64,000 nt of DNA from Magallana gigas (lineage: Eukaryota), in the NCBI RefSeq assembly GCF_963853765.1, contig NC_088860.1:20770001-20834000 (forward strand). Reading direction: 5' to 3'. How positions within the stretch are numbered: position 1 is the stretch's first letter; the number at the start of each line of letters is the position of its first letter. This document shows, piece after piece, positions 62,700 to 64,000 of this stretch. The translations under genes and the position numbers were made by a program. Under the pieces are notes generated by a model. It was not told the origin of the DNA, did no database searches, and saw nothing but the letters and a program-made list of their open reading frames with translations.

Positions 62700-64000
62700 G
62701 TGCTCTATCAAACATAACGGATGGCCTTAACTAGTCATTCACGTTACATGTAACTAAGCATAGTAACTGTAATTAAACAAAATAACTTTAACTACGTGTA
62801 TTTCCTTGTTTACACTGATCATTTGTAATAATAAGCAATTTTAAAATTCTATTAACATGTTGTTACTTCGTTTGTGATTTCATGATTCATTTGTGTTGTT
62901 AAAAGAGTATGTCATTTTCAAAGTACTATTGACTGAAAATTCAAATTATAGTATAAAAAAAGAAGCACCATTGTTTCATACGATTGTTTGTTGTTCATTT
63001 CTGAATAAATTCTTCTCTGTTTATGATTATCAAAATGTTTTTCAATTTTTCCATCTTGTGTTTACTGTTTTTTGTGCCAGATGTCATCAATGTAATTTTA
63101 ATCTTTTTAGCATCTTTCTAAATTCCTCACTAAAAATTGAATTCCTTGCATTTGGATCGCCATTACTTTCATGCAGTTTTCCACGTGATCTATAAAAACT
63201 TGTCGGTTTAAATTTTTCACCTTCCAAAATTTATGATAGTGATGTTTTAATACTTTTTTCTGTCTTCGTTCTAGTCTATATTTATTTGACTTGCATCCTC
63301 GTACTTTTGAAAGCTTGAGTAGATTTAATTGTCTTACATTTATTTTCTTCATTATTTTTTTCCCCATCTTAAATACAGATAGTTAGGTGATCCCTTTTGC
63401 TCTGACCCTCTACAAAATGTAGCTTTCTTATTCTAACATAAGTTGTCTAATTTTCCTCTTCAAGTTGTTTCGAATTTGTCTGAAACTTGTCATTTGTGTG
63501 TTTCACTCTATGTACAGTGTAGCCTTCGTATTAACTTTCTAATTTTTTAAATCTTTTTCACTATTTCGTGTGATCATCCACTAGGCGATTTCGGAAGTTG
63601 TTTTTAGAGTGTGATTTTCTTTGCATAGTGTTCCTTATACTCTTGTTTAAAATCGGTTAATGGTTATTTTTTTATATAATATATACAGCATGATTTTTTT
63701 CTATATGTTTGAATAGGCAACGTTTTTCAAGAAATGTCACAAAAATATTTTAAATTTTAAAACAAATCTACAATATTCATAGCGTAGCAATTTCAACCTA
63801 CAATGAAGAAGAATAATAAGCATTTAATAAATAAGTATCAACTTTAAAAGTAATTATCATAATAATGAAAAAAATGATTGGTATACAAAGACAAAACATC
63901 AAAATACAATATCAAAGTTTCAACATGTGATGCAAAGTCTAGCATTTGTAATGAATAGATATAAGATCATCGTATATGGCCAAAGCATATGATCAAAAAT

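Overview
AT-rich, intron-containing animal DNA, most likely Pacific-oyster-like (Crassostrea/Magallana). This is inferred from a ~167-bp satellite resembling Cg170 and from bivalve-type non-autonomous Helentrons and MITEs. Main content: (1) an exon of an SLC23/NAT transporter gene on the minus strand, with the gene running off the left edge; (2) a spliced PH-proline/tyrosine-rich-SH2 adaptor gene, SH3BP2-like (~12.2-17.6 kb); (3) four tandem plus-strand SLC23 (nucleobase-ascorbate transporter family) copies on an 11-exon plan, A-D (20.5-62.7 kb). Copy A lacks exon 9, copy B looks like a C-5'/A-3' recombinant with a conversion tract, and all four have a non-canonical NAT signature (G or A where Q/E/P is expected); (4) a 6,691-bp Sola2-type DNA transposon (ATAA TSD, 24-bp TIRs, many subterminal motifs) in the last intron of copy D. 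Its two track ORFs are one ~1,336-aa protein split by a 2-nt slip in an (AT)7 run: a DDD transposase fused to a vertnin-like OTU domain whose catalytic motifs are intact; (5) many MITEs, HINE/Helentron-like elements, palindromic elements, microsatellites and four assembly gaps. All gene models were built by eye from splice sites, frame continuity and paralog comparison; no database search was run.
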